DNA of 34,847 nt from Chthoniobacteraceae bacterium. GTDB taxonomy: Bacteria > Verrucomicrobiota > Verrucomicrobiia > Chthoniobacterales > Chthoniobacteraceae. Below the pieces are notes generated by a model. That model was not told where the DNA came from and ran no database searches. It was given only the letters and a program-made list of their open reading frames with translations. The DNA is taken from NCBI GenBank assembly GCA_031409655.1, contig JANNXQ010000139.1, forward strand, positions 1 through 34,847. The letters are read 5' to 3'. A program made the position numbers and the translations under genes. Positions 17,596 through 26,947 of this stretch are shown one piece after another; within the stretch, counting starts at the first letter, position 1, and each line of letters opens with the position of its first letter.

Positions 17596-18750
17596 CTATT
17601 GGCGGCCAAACTTCTCCGCAGCCGCCTTCTTAAACACCCCGAGACTTTCCTTCCCGTTACCGGGGAAGCCGCCGGTGTGCTGGACCATGAAGACGGTGAT
17701 GAGGCCGAGTTCGGTATCGACGGTCATATTCGTGGATTGCGCACCGCCGTGGCCATAGGTGCTGCCAGCGATGGTTAGTCCGAAGCCGTAGTTATCCTTG
17801 ATCGTCTCCGCGGTCTGCCGGCTGGTCATCGTTTTCACCGCGTCTTCCGAGAGGATGCGACGGTCGCCGACGGTGCCGCGATTGAGTAACATCTGGCAGA
17901 ATTTGGCGGTGTCCCTCGCGGTGGAGAAAAGGCCGCCGCCCGGCATCGGCTGACGGCGCCGATCGGGGAGGGGATAGGTAAGTTGCGAGATCGGCGTCTC
18001 GACGAGGTCGTTCTTGGCCTCGTTTGGTTTGTAAGATTTCGCGAGCCGCGCCACTTGCTCGTCATTTGGCCAGAAGGTCGTGTCTTTCATCCCGAGCGGA
18101 TCGCAGAGGCGTTTTTGCAGGAAGTCCTCGTAACTCATCCCGCTCAAGACTTCGATGATCCGTCCGGCAGTGTTGATGCCCGCGTTGCTGTACTTATACT
18201 GCGTGCTGGGCTCGAAGAGCAGTGGCATGAGCACATGACTGAGCACGGCGAAGCGCAACGGGATTTGATCGAGCGTGGGCTGCTCGATGCCGGACTTGAA
18301 CTGCAGCCCGCTGGTGTGGCTGAGGATTTCGCGAATGGTGATCGCGTGCCCTGGCCGGCGAAGGAGGACGTGATCTTTGTCCTGCTCGATCGCGACCCAG
18401 AGATCCTTGAACTCCGGCAGATACTTCTCCACCGGATCTTCGATGCGCACTTTGTCCTCATCGACGAGGACCATGAACGCGGCGGCTGTCATGGCCTTCG
18501 TCATCGACGCGATCCAGAACATCGTTTCCGGCGTCATCGGTTTCTTCGCCGCGATGTCCGCGAAGCCGACCGTCTCGATGCTGAGCACCTTGTCCTTTGT
18601 CGCCACGAGCGTCACCGCGCCCGCGAGACTGTGGCTTTCCACAAAGGGCCGCAGTGCGCTGGCGACCGTCGGGGCCTCGGCGAATGGCCGAGGCAGGGTC
18701 AGGGAGAGTAAGAGCGCAGCGAACGTGGTGAGTGAGGGAGCGGGAGTCAT
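17596..18750 (-). CDS. Serine hydrolase, class C beta-lactamase-like family
   Basis: FWIASMTK (SxxK), ILSHTSGL, YKYSN, PLGMKDTTF, GGGLFSTARD and HGG motifs; likely start ATG 18750 with signal peptide. Confidence 0.9.
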   Translation of the reverse strand: MTPAPSLTTFAALLLSLTLPRPFAEAPTVASALRPFVESHSLAGAVTLVATKDKVLSIETVGFADIAAKKPMTPETMFWIASMTKAMTAAAFMVLVDEDKVRIEDPVEKYLPEFKDLWVAIEQDKDHVLLRRPGHAITIREILSHTSGLQFKSGIEQPTLDQIPLRFAVLSHVLMPLLFEPSTQYKYSNAGINTAGRIIEVLSGMSYEDFLQKRLCDPLGMKDTTFWPNDEQVARLAKSYKPNEAKNDLVETPISQLTYPLPDRRRQPMPGGGLFSTARDTAKFCQMLLNRGTVGDRRILSEDAVKTMTSRQTAETIKDNYGFGLTIAGSTYGHGGAQSTNMTVDTELGLITVFMVQHTGGFPGNGKESLGVFKKAAAEKFGRQ

Positions 18751-18816
18751 GGCGGTGGGATATGGAAGGTGGGTAAAGATGGGATGAATGTTCAACCGGC
18801 AACTCTCAGCAGGGGA

Positions 18817-20673
18817 TCATGGCCGTCCGCACCAATCCTGCCACATGGTCTGATAGGCGGCTTCGAGATGTCGGGTGAAGCGGGGGCCATCCGTGATCGG
18901 TGATGCCTCCATGCGCGGGCGCAGGCTGGTGCGCAGAGTTTCCAGCCAGGTTAGATCACCGGCGAGCGCGACGGCGGTGCGGAGGTAGGCGTCTTCAGAG
19001 TGCGCGGCGAGTTCCTCCAGGCCGAGATTGGCGAGCAGAGTCAGCGTGCCCCGCGAGACGGCGCGGGCGCCGACGAGCGTGACGACCGGCACGCCCATCC
19101 ACAGCGCGTCACACGAAGTCGCCCCGCCGCCGAAAGGAAACGGATCGAGCGCGATGTCGATCTCGTGGTAAGTGGCAAAGTATTCGGCGCGCGCCAGGTA
19201 ACCGACAAAGGATAGGCGCGAGCCCGAGACGCCGCCGGCTGCGAAGTAGTCGAGGACGCGCTGCCGGTGGCTCCCCGCATCGGAGTGGAGCAGGAGTCGC
19301 GACTCCGGGACGGCCAGCAGTAACCGACGCCAAAGAGCGAGCGTGACGGAAGTAACTTTGCAGAAGTTATTCAGGCAGCCGAAGGTCACGTGGCCCGAAG
19401 CCAGTGCGGGAAGCGGTCCGGCCGGCGGAGTCGCGATCGGCGGTCGGTAACTCCAGTAGCACTCCGGGAGATGGATCGGGCTTTCTGAGTAACCTGCGCT
19501 CCCTTGTTCCGGTGGGTCCATGTGGGGATCGGTGAGCACGTAGTCCATGGCATCGAGGCCCGTGGTGGCGCAGTAGGCGAGGTAAGTGACCTGCACCGGC
19601 GCGGGCTTGCGCGCAAAGGTCAGCAGTCGATTGCCGACGCTGTGCGCTGCGAGATCCACGAGGATATCAACGTGGTCGGCGCGGACGAGTGCGGCGACTT
19701 CGGCATCATTCATCCGGCGGGTGTCGCGCCAGAGATCGGACTGGTCGCGCATCCGCGTCGCGAATTCGTCCGTGATCGAGTCGCTGTACGCGCAGATCTT
19801 GAAACGGGCGCGGTCGTGATTTTCGAGGAGGATGTGGAAGAACCAGCCGACGACATTGTCGCTGAGGTGTCGGGAGACGTAGCCGATCCGCAGGGGCCGC
19901 TCTGGATCGTCCGCGCGCGGGTGCGGCGCTGCGGCTGCGGTGAGCGCCGCGGCGTGGCGCGTATTCCATTCCCGATGCTCGCGAAGGAGGGTCTCACGAT
20001 CCTGATTGGAGTGGCACTGAAGGTAGAAAAGGAGCTGGCTGTGACGCGCCGCATTGGTCGGTTCCGCCGCCACCGCTCGGCGGAGGCGTTCGATGGAGGC
20101 GTCGTGTTCCCCGCGCGCATGGTGCAGGCAGGCAAGCTGGACCTCGGCCTGGCTCTGGCGCGGATCGAGGCGCAGGATCTCGCGATAGGCAGCCTCGGCG
20201 GCGTCGAGGTCGCGCTTCAGCGTCAGCGCGAGCCCGAGATTGTAGCGCGGTGTGAGCGAGCGGGGATTGAGCCGGATGGCCTCCCGTGAAGACTCGGCCC
20301 CTTCAGCAAGACGCCCTTGTTCCGCGAGCGCATGGCCGAGATTGCCATGCGCATCGGCGAAGCCGGCGTCACAGCGGAGGGCCTTGCGGAAAGCTTCGAT
20401 CGCCTCTTCGGCCTTGTCAGCGGACCGCAGGACTACGCCGAGATTGTTGTGGAAGGACGCCTCGTCAGGCTTTGCGGCGATCGCCCTTTGGAGGAGGCCG
20501 ATGGCGTCGGCATTTCTCCCAGTCTGCTGCGCCACCGTGCCGAGCAGGTGCAGGCTCTCGGCGTGTTCCGGGCAGGCGGCCAGGATCTTTCGGTAAAAAG
20601 ACTCGGCCTCGGCAAGCCGCCCCGCGGTGTGGTGTTGCAGCGCGATTTGCAGGGCTTGAGCGATCGTGAGCAT
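18817..20673 (-). CDS. TPR-containing GT41 glycosyltransferase (OGT/SPINDLY-like)
   Basis: Start at ATG 20673 (MLTIAQALQ); TPR repeats then LRIGYVS, DILVDLAAHS, KPAPVQVTYLAY, FGCLNNFCK, DIALDPFPFGGGATSCDALWMGVPVVT. Confidence 0.92.
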   Translation of the reverse strand: MLTIAQALQIALQHHTAGRLAEAESFYRKILAACPEHAESLHLLGTVAQQTGRNADAIGLLQRAIAAKPDEASFHNNLGVVLRSADKAEEAIEAFRKALRCDAGFADAHGNLGHALAEQGRLAEGAESSREAIRLNPRSLTPRYNLGLALTLKRDLDAAEAAYREILRLDPRQSQAEVQLACLHHARGEHDASIERLRRAVAAEPTNAARHSQLLFYLQCHSNQDRETLLREHREWNTRHAAALTAAAAPHPRADDPERPLRIGYVSRHLSDNVVGWFFHILLENHDRARFKICAYSDSITDEFATRMRDQSDLWRDTRRMNDAEVAALVRADHVDILVDLAAHSVGNRLLTFARKPAPVQVTYLAYCATTGLDAMDYVLTDPHMDPPEQGSAGYSESPIHLPECYWSYRPPIATPPAGPLPALASGHVTFGCLNNFCKVTSVTLALWRRLLLAVPESRLLLHSDAGSHRQRVLDYFAAGGVSGSRLSFVGYLARAEYFATYHEIDIALDPFPFGGGATSCDALWMGVPVVTLVGARAVSRGTLTLLANLGLEELAAHSEDAYLRTAVALAGDLTWLETLRTSLRPRMEASPITDGPRFTRHLEAAYQTMWQDWCGRP

Positions 20674-20797
20674 ACGCGTCGGAGGTGCAGTTGAACCCCA
20701 TCGAGGCAGCCCGCGCAATTCACGATTCCGCTGAGCAACGCGGATGGCGTGTCGGTTGCGGACTAAGGAGCGGCCGGCGTGCCGGGTCAGCTTGATC

Positions 20798-22174
20798 ATG
20801 ACTCCTGCGCCCCGCTCCCCATCCAATCCCCGGCCCCATCCTTCCCGCCGCGCCTTTCTCTCCCAGACCGGCAAGCTCGCCGCCGGCACCGCGCTCGCGG
20901 GCCTCACGCTTCCCCACGTCCACGCCGCGGGCAGCGACGAGATCCGCCTCGCGCTCATCGGCAGCGGGAATCGCGGGAGCGGTGCGGTGGTGAATGCGAT
21001 GGAGGCCACGGGTAGCACCACGAAAATGTGGGCGATGGCCGACTTGTTTGAAAATCGGCTGCGCAGTTCGCACGGCGTGCTCGGGGCAAAGCTCGGCGAT
21101 CGTTTCGAGGTTCCGTCGGATCGGCAATTCACCGGCTTCGATGCCTTCAAACACGCCATCGACACCCTGCGCCCCGGCAGCGGCGACGTCGCCATGCTCA
21201 CGGGCTACGCAGGCTTCCGCCCGCAGCAACTCGAATACGCGGTGCAAAGAGGCGTGAATGTTTTCATGGAGAAATCCTTTGCCACCGATCCGCCCGCCGT
21301 GCGCCGGATCATCGCCGCGGGTGAAGCGGCGGAAAAGAAGGGCCTCAAAATCGCTGCCGGTCTGATGTGCCGGCACTCGCGCAACCGGCAGGAACTCATC
21401 AAGCGCCTGCAGGATGGCGCGCTCGGTGAAGTGCTTTTCAGTCGCGCCTATCGCATGGGTCCGAGTGGCCCGCTGAAACCGAAGCCTACCGAAACCACGG
21501 ATCTGGAATGGCAACTCCGCAACTTCACCAAGTTCCTCTGGGTCTCCGGCGGCCTCTACGCCGAGATGGACATTCACCAGATCGATGAACTGTGTTGGAT
21601 CCATGGTGCTTCGCCCGTCTCCGCGCACGGCGTCGGGGGACGCGTCGCGGAGAGCGCCGATTGCAGCCAGAATCTCGACTCCTTCTCCGCTGAGTGGACC
21701 TTCCCGAATGGCAGCAAGGCGTATGACGTTGTTCGTTACATTCCGAAGACCCACGCCGACTTCGCCACTTACATCCACGGTACTAAGTGTGCCGCGCAAT
21801 TCAGCGGTAACATCCACGCTGGTACCGTCCGCATCTTCAAAGATCAGCGCTGCACCCCGGATAACATCGCCTGGGCCGCGCCCGACGAAGCGAACACTCC
21901 CTACCACGAACAGTGGACCGACTTCCTCGACGCCATCCGGAATAACAAACCCTTCAACCAAGCCAAAAGCGCCGCGCTCTCCAACCTTGCCGACATCATG
22001 AGCCGCGCCGCAATCCACATGGGCCGCGTGATCACCTGGGACGAAGCCATGGCGTCAAACTTCCGCTTTTTCCCCGGCATCGATCAACTCACGCTCGAAA
22101 GCGAAGCGCCCATCAAGGCCGATGCCAAAGGCGCCTACCCAGTGCCCATCCCGGGTTCGTGGGTGGAGATATAG
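20798..22174 (+). CDS. Tat-exported Gfo/Idh/MocA-family oxidoreductase
   Basis: SRRAFL twin-arginine signal, ALIGSGNRG Rossmann motif, VFMEKS, EMDIHQID; start at ATG 20798. Confidence 0.9.
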   Translation: MTPAPRSPSNPRPHPSRRAFLSQTGKLAAGTALAGLTLPHVHAAGSDEIRLALIGSGNRGSGAVVNAMEATGSTTKMWAMADLFENRLRSSHGVLGAKLGDRFEVPSDRQFTGFDAFKHAIDTLRPGSGDVAMLTGYAGFRPQQLEYAVQRGVNVFMEKSFATDPPAVRRIIAAGEAAEKKGLKIAAGLMCRHSRNRQELIKRLQDGALGEVLFSRAYRMGPSGPLKPKPTETTDLEWQLRNFTKFLWVSGGLYAEMDIHQIDELCWIHGASPVSAHGVGGRVAESADCSQNLDSFSAEWTFPNGSKAYDVVRYIPKTHADFATYIHGTKCAAQFSGNIHAGTVRIFKDQRCTPDNIAWAAPDEANTPYHEQWTDFLDAIRNNKPFNQAKSAALSNLADIMSRAAIHMGRVITWDEAMASNFRFFPGIDQLTLESEAPIKADAKGAYPVPIPGSWVEI

Positions 22175-22197
22175 CAGCCTGTTGAAAGACGTGCGTC

Positions 22198-22289
22198 GGT
22201 GGATGGCGTCGCTCCGCGCGCCATGCCACACACTCGCCGAAAGCCCAACTTTCAGAGTGGCGCTGCGCGCGAAGCGACGCCATCCCCCA
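22198..22289. repeat. REP-doublet-like long inverted repeat
   Basis: GGATGGCGTCGCTCCGCGCGC (22201-22221) versus the reverse complement of 22265-22285, 20/21 match; inner pairs CACTC/GAGTG and GAAAG/CTTTC. Confidence 0.75.
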
Positions 22290-22379
22290 AGGCCCTCAGG
22301 GTTCCGCAGGGGTCAAAGCTAACTGGCCAAGTGTCAGGGGATGGACGTCGGGTAAGCGAGTTCGATTTGGGGTGTCAGG

Positions 22380-22759
22380 GGATAGGCGTGGGGGCGTCGG
22401 CGGTGGTGAGTGAAGAGTTATTCGTTTTCGGCGGGATGTATTGCGACGAAGTCGCCCTGGAAGTGCGGAACCGCAGGAAATCCCACGCCTTCTTTCCCGC
22501 CAAAATGACCTGGCGAACGCTGAAGCCAATGAGGACCCCCATTCGTGGCTTGACTGGTGTGGCCTTGGACGACCGCCACATCTATCTCGCCGGAGGATTC
22601 ACGGAGGTGTTCACCGCCGAGGCCTTCCTCTACGAAGTGCAGGCCGACACTGATCAGCCAGCCAAAGCCCTGCCCTATGAGGGCAGGGCACCCTTGGTTA
22701 AGAGCGGCGGCTTCCTCTACTGTCTGGGCGGTGAGGATAAGATGAAATCCTGGACCTGA
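22380..22759 (+). pseudogene. Kelch-repeat beta-propeller gene remnant
   Basis: LFVFGG, WRTLKPM, IYLAGG and LYCLGGEDK Kelch motifs; only about 3 blades, no credible start, abrupt stop. Confidence 0.7.
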
Positions 22760-22995
22760 GCGGTGAGCGCGGTGACGGAGGTTTCATCTCCCTGATCGAG
22801 ACTCTCCGCGAAGACGCTATTTCCCTTCGCTGTTTCTTCCTCCGCGACCGTCTGGAGCCTGGCACGATCGCGGGAGGCGAGGATGAGGATGGCTCCGGTC
22901 TGGGCCAGGACAGCGGCCAGTCCTCGGCCATCGAGTCCAGCGCCGCCGGTGAGTAATAGGACGCAATCATGGAGGGAGAAGGAGGGCGATGTGAT
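22745..22995 (-). pseudogene. SDR-family oxidoreductase N-terminal remnant
   Basis: Frame absent from the ORF track: TSPSFSLHDCVLLLTGGAGLDGRGLAAVLAQTGAILILASRD...ESLDQGDETSVTAL; ATC at the expected start, 2 nt after the aldolase stop; truncated before the catalytic motifs. Confidence 0.75.
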
Positions 22996-22997
22996 AG

Positions 22998-23807
22998 TTA
23001 CTTCGCGCGGTAAGGGGAATCGCCAGCGGCGGGCAGGGTGTCGCCGTGGAAGGAGGTAACCATGTGGCGAAAGGCATTGCCCATCTCGATGACATCGGCG
23101 CCGAGCGTGAAGACGCGCGCGCCTTCGGCGATGACTTCCTCTTTGTTTCCGAAGAGCGAGGCGACCGCCACGTGCTTATCGTGCTTGAGTGCCGTGGTGG
23201 CGACCTTCCGCCGCGCGGCGACGATTTCGGGATCCTTGACCTGGCCGAGCTTGCCGATGCGGTGGCTGTAGTCACCGGCGCCAAACATCAGCATGTCGTA
23301 GCCGGGCACCGCAGCGATCTCCTCAATGTTCTCGAGCGCTTCCGGGGACTCGATCTGCAGGATGATGAACTTCTCGGTGTTGCAGTGCTGCACGTAGTCG
23401 GCGAGCGGCGCCTGGCAGAAGAGGCCGTCCATATTGCCGCCGTCGAGGGCCTTGCTGCCGAGCGGTCGGCAGCGGACCATATCCACGATGTGGCGCACTT
23501 CGTCGGCACTGGTGACGTGCGGGACCATGATGCCCGTGGCGTCGCACTCGAAGGGTTTTACGTACTCGCTGTAGCTGCCTTTGCTCACGCGGACGATGGT
23601 GTCCACGTCGTAGAGTTTCGCGGCGCGGATCTGGTGCTCAAGATTTAACCAGTGGTTGGGCACGTGCTCGTTGCAGAGCCAGACGGACGAAGCACCGGCA
23701 AGGCCGGCGAGTTCGATGATGCGCGGATCGTTGAGGTTGAGTTTGAGGATGGTGGCGTTTTGACCGGCGCGGAGTTCGCGCAGGACGCGGGATGGGCGGA
23801 GTTTCAT
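22998..23807 (-). CDS. HpcH/HpaI-family aldolase
   Basis: Start ATG 23807 (MKLRPSRV); WLCNEH, GIMVPHV, RPLGSK, ILQIESPEA and DMLMFGAGDYS motifs. Confidence 0.9.
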   Translation of the reverse strand: MKLRPSRVLRELRAGQNATILKLNLNDPRIIELAGLAGASSVWLCNEHVPNHWLNLEHQIRAAKLYDVDTIVRVSKGSYSEYVKPFECDATGIMVPHVTSADEVRHIVDMVRCRPLGSKALDGGNMDGLFCQAPLADYVQHCNTEKFIILQIESPEALENIEEIAAVPGYDMLMFGAGDYSHRIGKLGQVKDPEIVAARRKVATTALKHDKHVAVASLFGNKEEVIAEGARVFTLGADVIEMGNAFRHMVTSFHGDTLPAAGDSPYRAK

Positions 23808-23949
23808 AAGGTGAGTGACTGATGGGGTTGCCACCCGCCGTCGCGGTGGAATCTGGCTTTCACGTTCGTGCTGAATTGCGCGATCAAGGGTTCGAGTTGG
23901 GTGAGGGTCTGGTCTGTCGTGAGGCGCGAGCCGCAGGGATGACGGTGCG

Positions 23950-25050
23950 TCAAGGTGCAGTGGGCGCGTCCCAGATGGCGACTCCCATGTGATAGCGGGC
24001 GTGATAGTCGGAGGCACCCGAATACCATGCGGTGACGAGCTTGCCGTCGGCGAGCTGCACGGTGCTGGGGTAGCCGCAATCCCAGGTCGCTGTCTTCGCG
24101 ATGCGGATGGACTCGCCCCAGGTCTTGCCTTCATCGCTGCTGAACTTCGCGAGCACGCCGAGCTGGTCGCCGGTTTTGATGCGGTTGCCGTAGGCGAGGA
24201 GGATGCGGCCGTCCTTGAGGCGGGCGAGGTGACCGTTGATCTCGTTTTTCTGCGTGACGCGGTTTGGAGCGCTCCAGGTGACGCCGTCGTCTTCGGAGGT
24301 GAAGAGATCCATCGCGGTCTCGCGCGCGGCGGCGAGCCAGCGTTTGCCGCCGAGGTGGAGGAGCGTGGTTTCGTTGCCGGTGGGATGGATGAGGGAGACG
24401 GTCTTCCAGGTCTTGCCGTCGTCATCGCTGCGCAGATGCCAGGAGCGCATCTTGCCGATCTTATAGCTCGTCGCGGGTTCGTTGAGCGAACCGTGGTAAC
24501 AGCTCACGTGGAGCGCACCGTCCTCGCCGATCTTGATGTCGCCAAACGGCACGTAGGGCGACCAGCCGGCCTCGACTTCGGGGAAGGCCTTGATTTGCGA
24601 CCATGTCTTACCGCGATCGCTGCTCCGGCAGACCCAGATCGGGATGATGGCGTCGCGAAACGCGGCCTGCTTTGGGCGCTCCGGTTGTTTCACGTCGGTC
24701 CAGCCGGAGCAGAGCACGAGGAGGTCGGCGTTCCTGGCAAGACCGCACGCGACGTTCATGCGGTTCGTATCCGGTTCGTTCGGCGCGGGGATCCCGACCT
24801 TCGTCCAAAACTGGCCGTCCTTGCTGTTCCAGCACTCGGCGGCTCCGGCCATTTGTCCGTGGCTCGGCTGGCCGAAGATGGTGGTGTTGATGCTGCCATC
24901 GGGGAGTAGCGTGAGGTTCGGCCACGCGCAGACGTTATCGATGCCGACGAACCGCTGGATTGTGGACGGAGCAGGTTCAGCGGCTCGGAGAGTGGCGAGC
25001 GCGAGGAAGGTGAGGAGGAAGGCTGCTGGCATGGGTGGCAGGAGTTTCAT
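23950..25050 (-). CDS. Secreted BNR/Asp-box sialidase-family protein
   Basis: Asp boxes SSDRGKTW, SDDDGKTW, SEDDGVTW, SSDEGKTW; DCGYPS; signal peptide; ATGA overlap with the upstream gene. Confidence 0.88.
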   Translation of the reverse strand: MKLLPPMPAAFLLTFLALATLRAAEPAPSTIQRFVGIDNVCAWPNLTLLPDGSINTTIFGQPSHGQMAGAAECWNSKDGQFWTKVGIPAPNEPDTNRMNVACGLARNADLLVLCSGWTDVKQPERPKQAAFRDAIIPIWVCRSSDRGKTWSQIKAFPEVEAGWSPYVPFGDIKIGEDGALHVSCYHGSLNEPATSYKIGKMRSWHLRSDDDGKTWKTVSLIHPTGNETTLLHLGGKRWLAAARETAMDLFTSEDDGVTWSAPNRVTQKNEINGHLARLKDGRILLAYGNRIKTGDQLGVLAKFSSDEGKTWGESIRIAKTATWDCGYPSTVQLADGKLVTAWYSGASDYHARYHMGVAIWDAPTAP

Positions 25051-26471
25051 TCGGCAAAGCGCAGCGCGTAGAGATCGGCATCGTGCAACCGCACGCGCAA
25101 GCGGCCGGTCCGTCCTTGGAGCGCGCTGAGATCGTTCCCGCTTTTCCAGGTCGCGGCAGCGTCGAACTCGTCGCCATAAAGCGCGGGCATCTCGGCCAGC
25201 GCAAAGCCGGGGATCGGCTGGCCAGCTTCGTCTTGCAGCTCGATCTGCACGGAGCCGACTGCCGAGGTGGCGTAGTTCAGGAGCAGTTTCTTCCCGGTGA
25301 ACTTGATGGGATGTGTCGTGAATTCTCCGCCTTTTGCATCGGCGTGCATGGAGGCAAAGCCTTGCTTCCGCACACTGAGCCGTCGGATGCGATGGTCGGC
25401 GTGGCGGTAGTGTTCGCTGATGTAGAGCGACCACTCATCCGGCCCGGACTCGATGATGCCATAAGCCGTCATGTTATTGCGATCGGTCCAGTTCTTGAGA
25501 TCCGGCCCGGGACGCACCCATGCTTCCAGGAAGGGGCGATCCCACAGCACCCCGTCACGGCTCGACATAAAGACGGCATCGGAAACACCGGGGCCGCCGG
25601 GGTGATCCGGCACCTTCTTGCGGGTGGTGGCGAAGCGCTTGGGAAAGGAGAGAAAGAGATGCGGTGCCGTCGGGCAGGGAACCGTGGCGGAGGTGTAGAA
25701 GTGCTCCGACGGCACGCCCTCCGCGTAGCGATGTGGGACGCCGTCGCTCCAGGTGAGGAAATCGGCGGAGGTGCTGCTTTGCACAGCGCGGACTTTGTTA
25801 CTGAAGATGCGGCTGAAGCTGACGTAGCGATTTCGCGGATTGTCGTAGAAGGCGAGGTTCTGCGAATCAAATGCGCCCTTCGTGATGACGGGCTCCGGCT
25901 TGATCTTCTGCCAGTGGATGCCGTCGGCGGACGCGAAGGCATAGAGCCCGCCCGGAGTTTCTCCCTGGTGCCAGTTCTTACCCGGTTGCTTTACGCCGCC
26001 GAGCGCCTTGTAGCGTTCCTCGGGTTTCGCGTTCGGGTTGGTGTCGAGGAAGGGCGAGAAGTTATGCGACTCCACCCCGCGCCAGATGACGTTGTTGTCC
26101 TTCGTGCCGCCGGCTTCGATCAGCCCAAGCTTTGGCCTGGTGAAGTGAATGCCGTCCGCGCTTTCCGCCACACAGGTGACCTGCGCGTCGCTGTGATCCG
26201 AGCCTCCGGCCGAGCCGCGATAGTACAGTCGCACTTTGGTTCCATCCTGGATCGCGGAGAAGTACGCACAGGTCGGCCCTTCCCACGGCTGATCGGTAGT
26301 AAGAACGATCTCGCGCCGGATTGGATCGTGCAGCTTGAGGGTGACGCCGCCTTTTCGCGCGACGAGGAATTCATCGACGAAGAGTTCCCAACGCGAGCCA
26401 ATGTCGAGTGGCGTGGCTGCGTGGAGGGCTGCGGTGGCGCAGAGGAGGAGGGAGGGGAGCAGTGCTTTCAT
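25047..26471 (-). CDS. Secreted glycoside-hydrolase-like beta-propeller protein
   Basis: Signal peptide MKALLPSLLL; ELFVD, SADGIHF, SADGIHW, FDSQN, SADFLTW, SRDGVLW; C-terminal LLLNYATS...DADLYALRF domain. Confidence 0.8.
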   Translation of the reverse strand: MKALLPSLLLCATAALHAATPLDIGSRWELFVDEFLVARKGGVTLKLHDPIRREIVLTTDQPWEGPTCAYFSAIQDGTKVRLYYRGSAGGSDHSDAQVTCVAESADGIHFTRPKLGLIEAGGTKDNNVIWRGVESHNFSPFLDTNPNAKPEERYKALGGVKQPGKNWHQGETPGGLYAFASADGIHWQKIKPEPVITKGAFDSQNLAFYDNPRNRYVSFSRIFSNKVRAVQSSTSADFLTWSDGVPHRYAEGVPSEHFYTSATVPCPTAPHLFLSFPKRFATTRKKVPDHPGGPGVSDAVFMSSRDGVLWDRPFLEAWVRPGPDLKNWTDRNNMTAYGIIESGPDEWSLYISEHYRHADHRIRRLSVRKQGFASMHADAKGGEFTTHPIKFTGKKLLLNYATSAVGSVQIELQDEAGQPIPGFALAEMPALYGDEFDAAATWKSGNDLSALQGRTGRLRVRLHDADLYALRFAE

Positions 26472-26773
26472 AGTTCGGAGAGAATCTCGGCGATGGGAAC
26501 CGCGCTGCCTCCGCGCTCGCGACTGCGGAGGCCGGCGATGGTGACCGCCAGCGGTTTCTCGACGAACATATGCAGCGTCTCGGCCAGAGCCTGGAGCGCC
26601 ATAGGCAAGTGCAACGACGCGGGGGTACAGATCACTGCGGCATCGAAGTGGCCCCTCGCAAGAGCCGCGTCGAGGGAGGCGCAGGCCGCCACGGAGCAAC
26701 GCCCGGTCTGCTGATAGCAGCGCAGGTGACGTCCACCGATGTTACCGCAACCGATGACGAGGAGGGAAAGCAT
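26468..26773 (-). pseudogene. Internally deleted Gfo/Idh/MocA oxidoreductase
   Basis: LVIGCGNIGGRH, DAAVICTPASLH and FVEKPLA motifs in only 101 aa; C-terminal domain missing; stop overlaps the next ATG. Confidence 0.75.
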
Positions 26774-26947
26774 GTCTGCCGAAGGATGAGCCACCGAACT
26801 TCCTCCGCCCAGTGCATTCCGCTGGTTCCGTGGCGTGGCCAACTCCTGCGACCGAAGGCTGGCCGTTCCTGCAGAGGTGTCATTTTTTGGGCCGCCGGTC
26901 ACTCCTTGATTTGCAAAACACGGCCAACCAGCGAAAAGCTAACGCCT

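Noticed and set aside
17596..18750. Antibiotic-resistance beta-lactamase
   Set aside because: SxxK/YxN motifs are shared by many esterases and peptidases; HGG rather than KTG suggests a generic serine hydrolase.
20674..21201. Extended 794-aa version of the GT41 ORF
   Set aside because: The extension is antisense to the Tat oxidoreductase; the TPR region starts at 20673.
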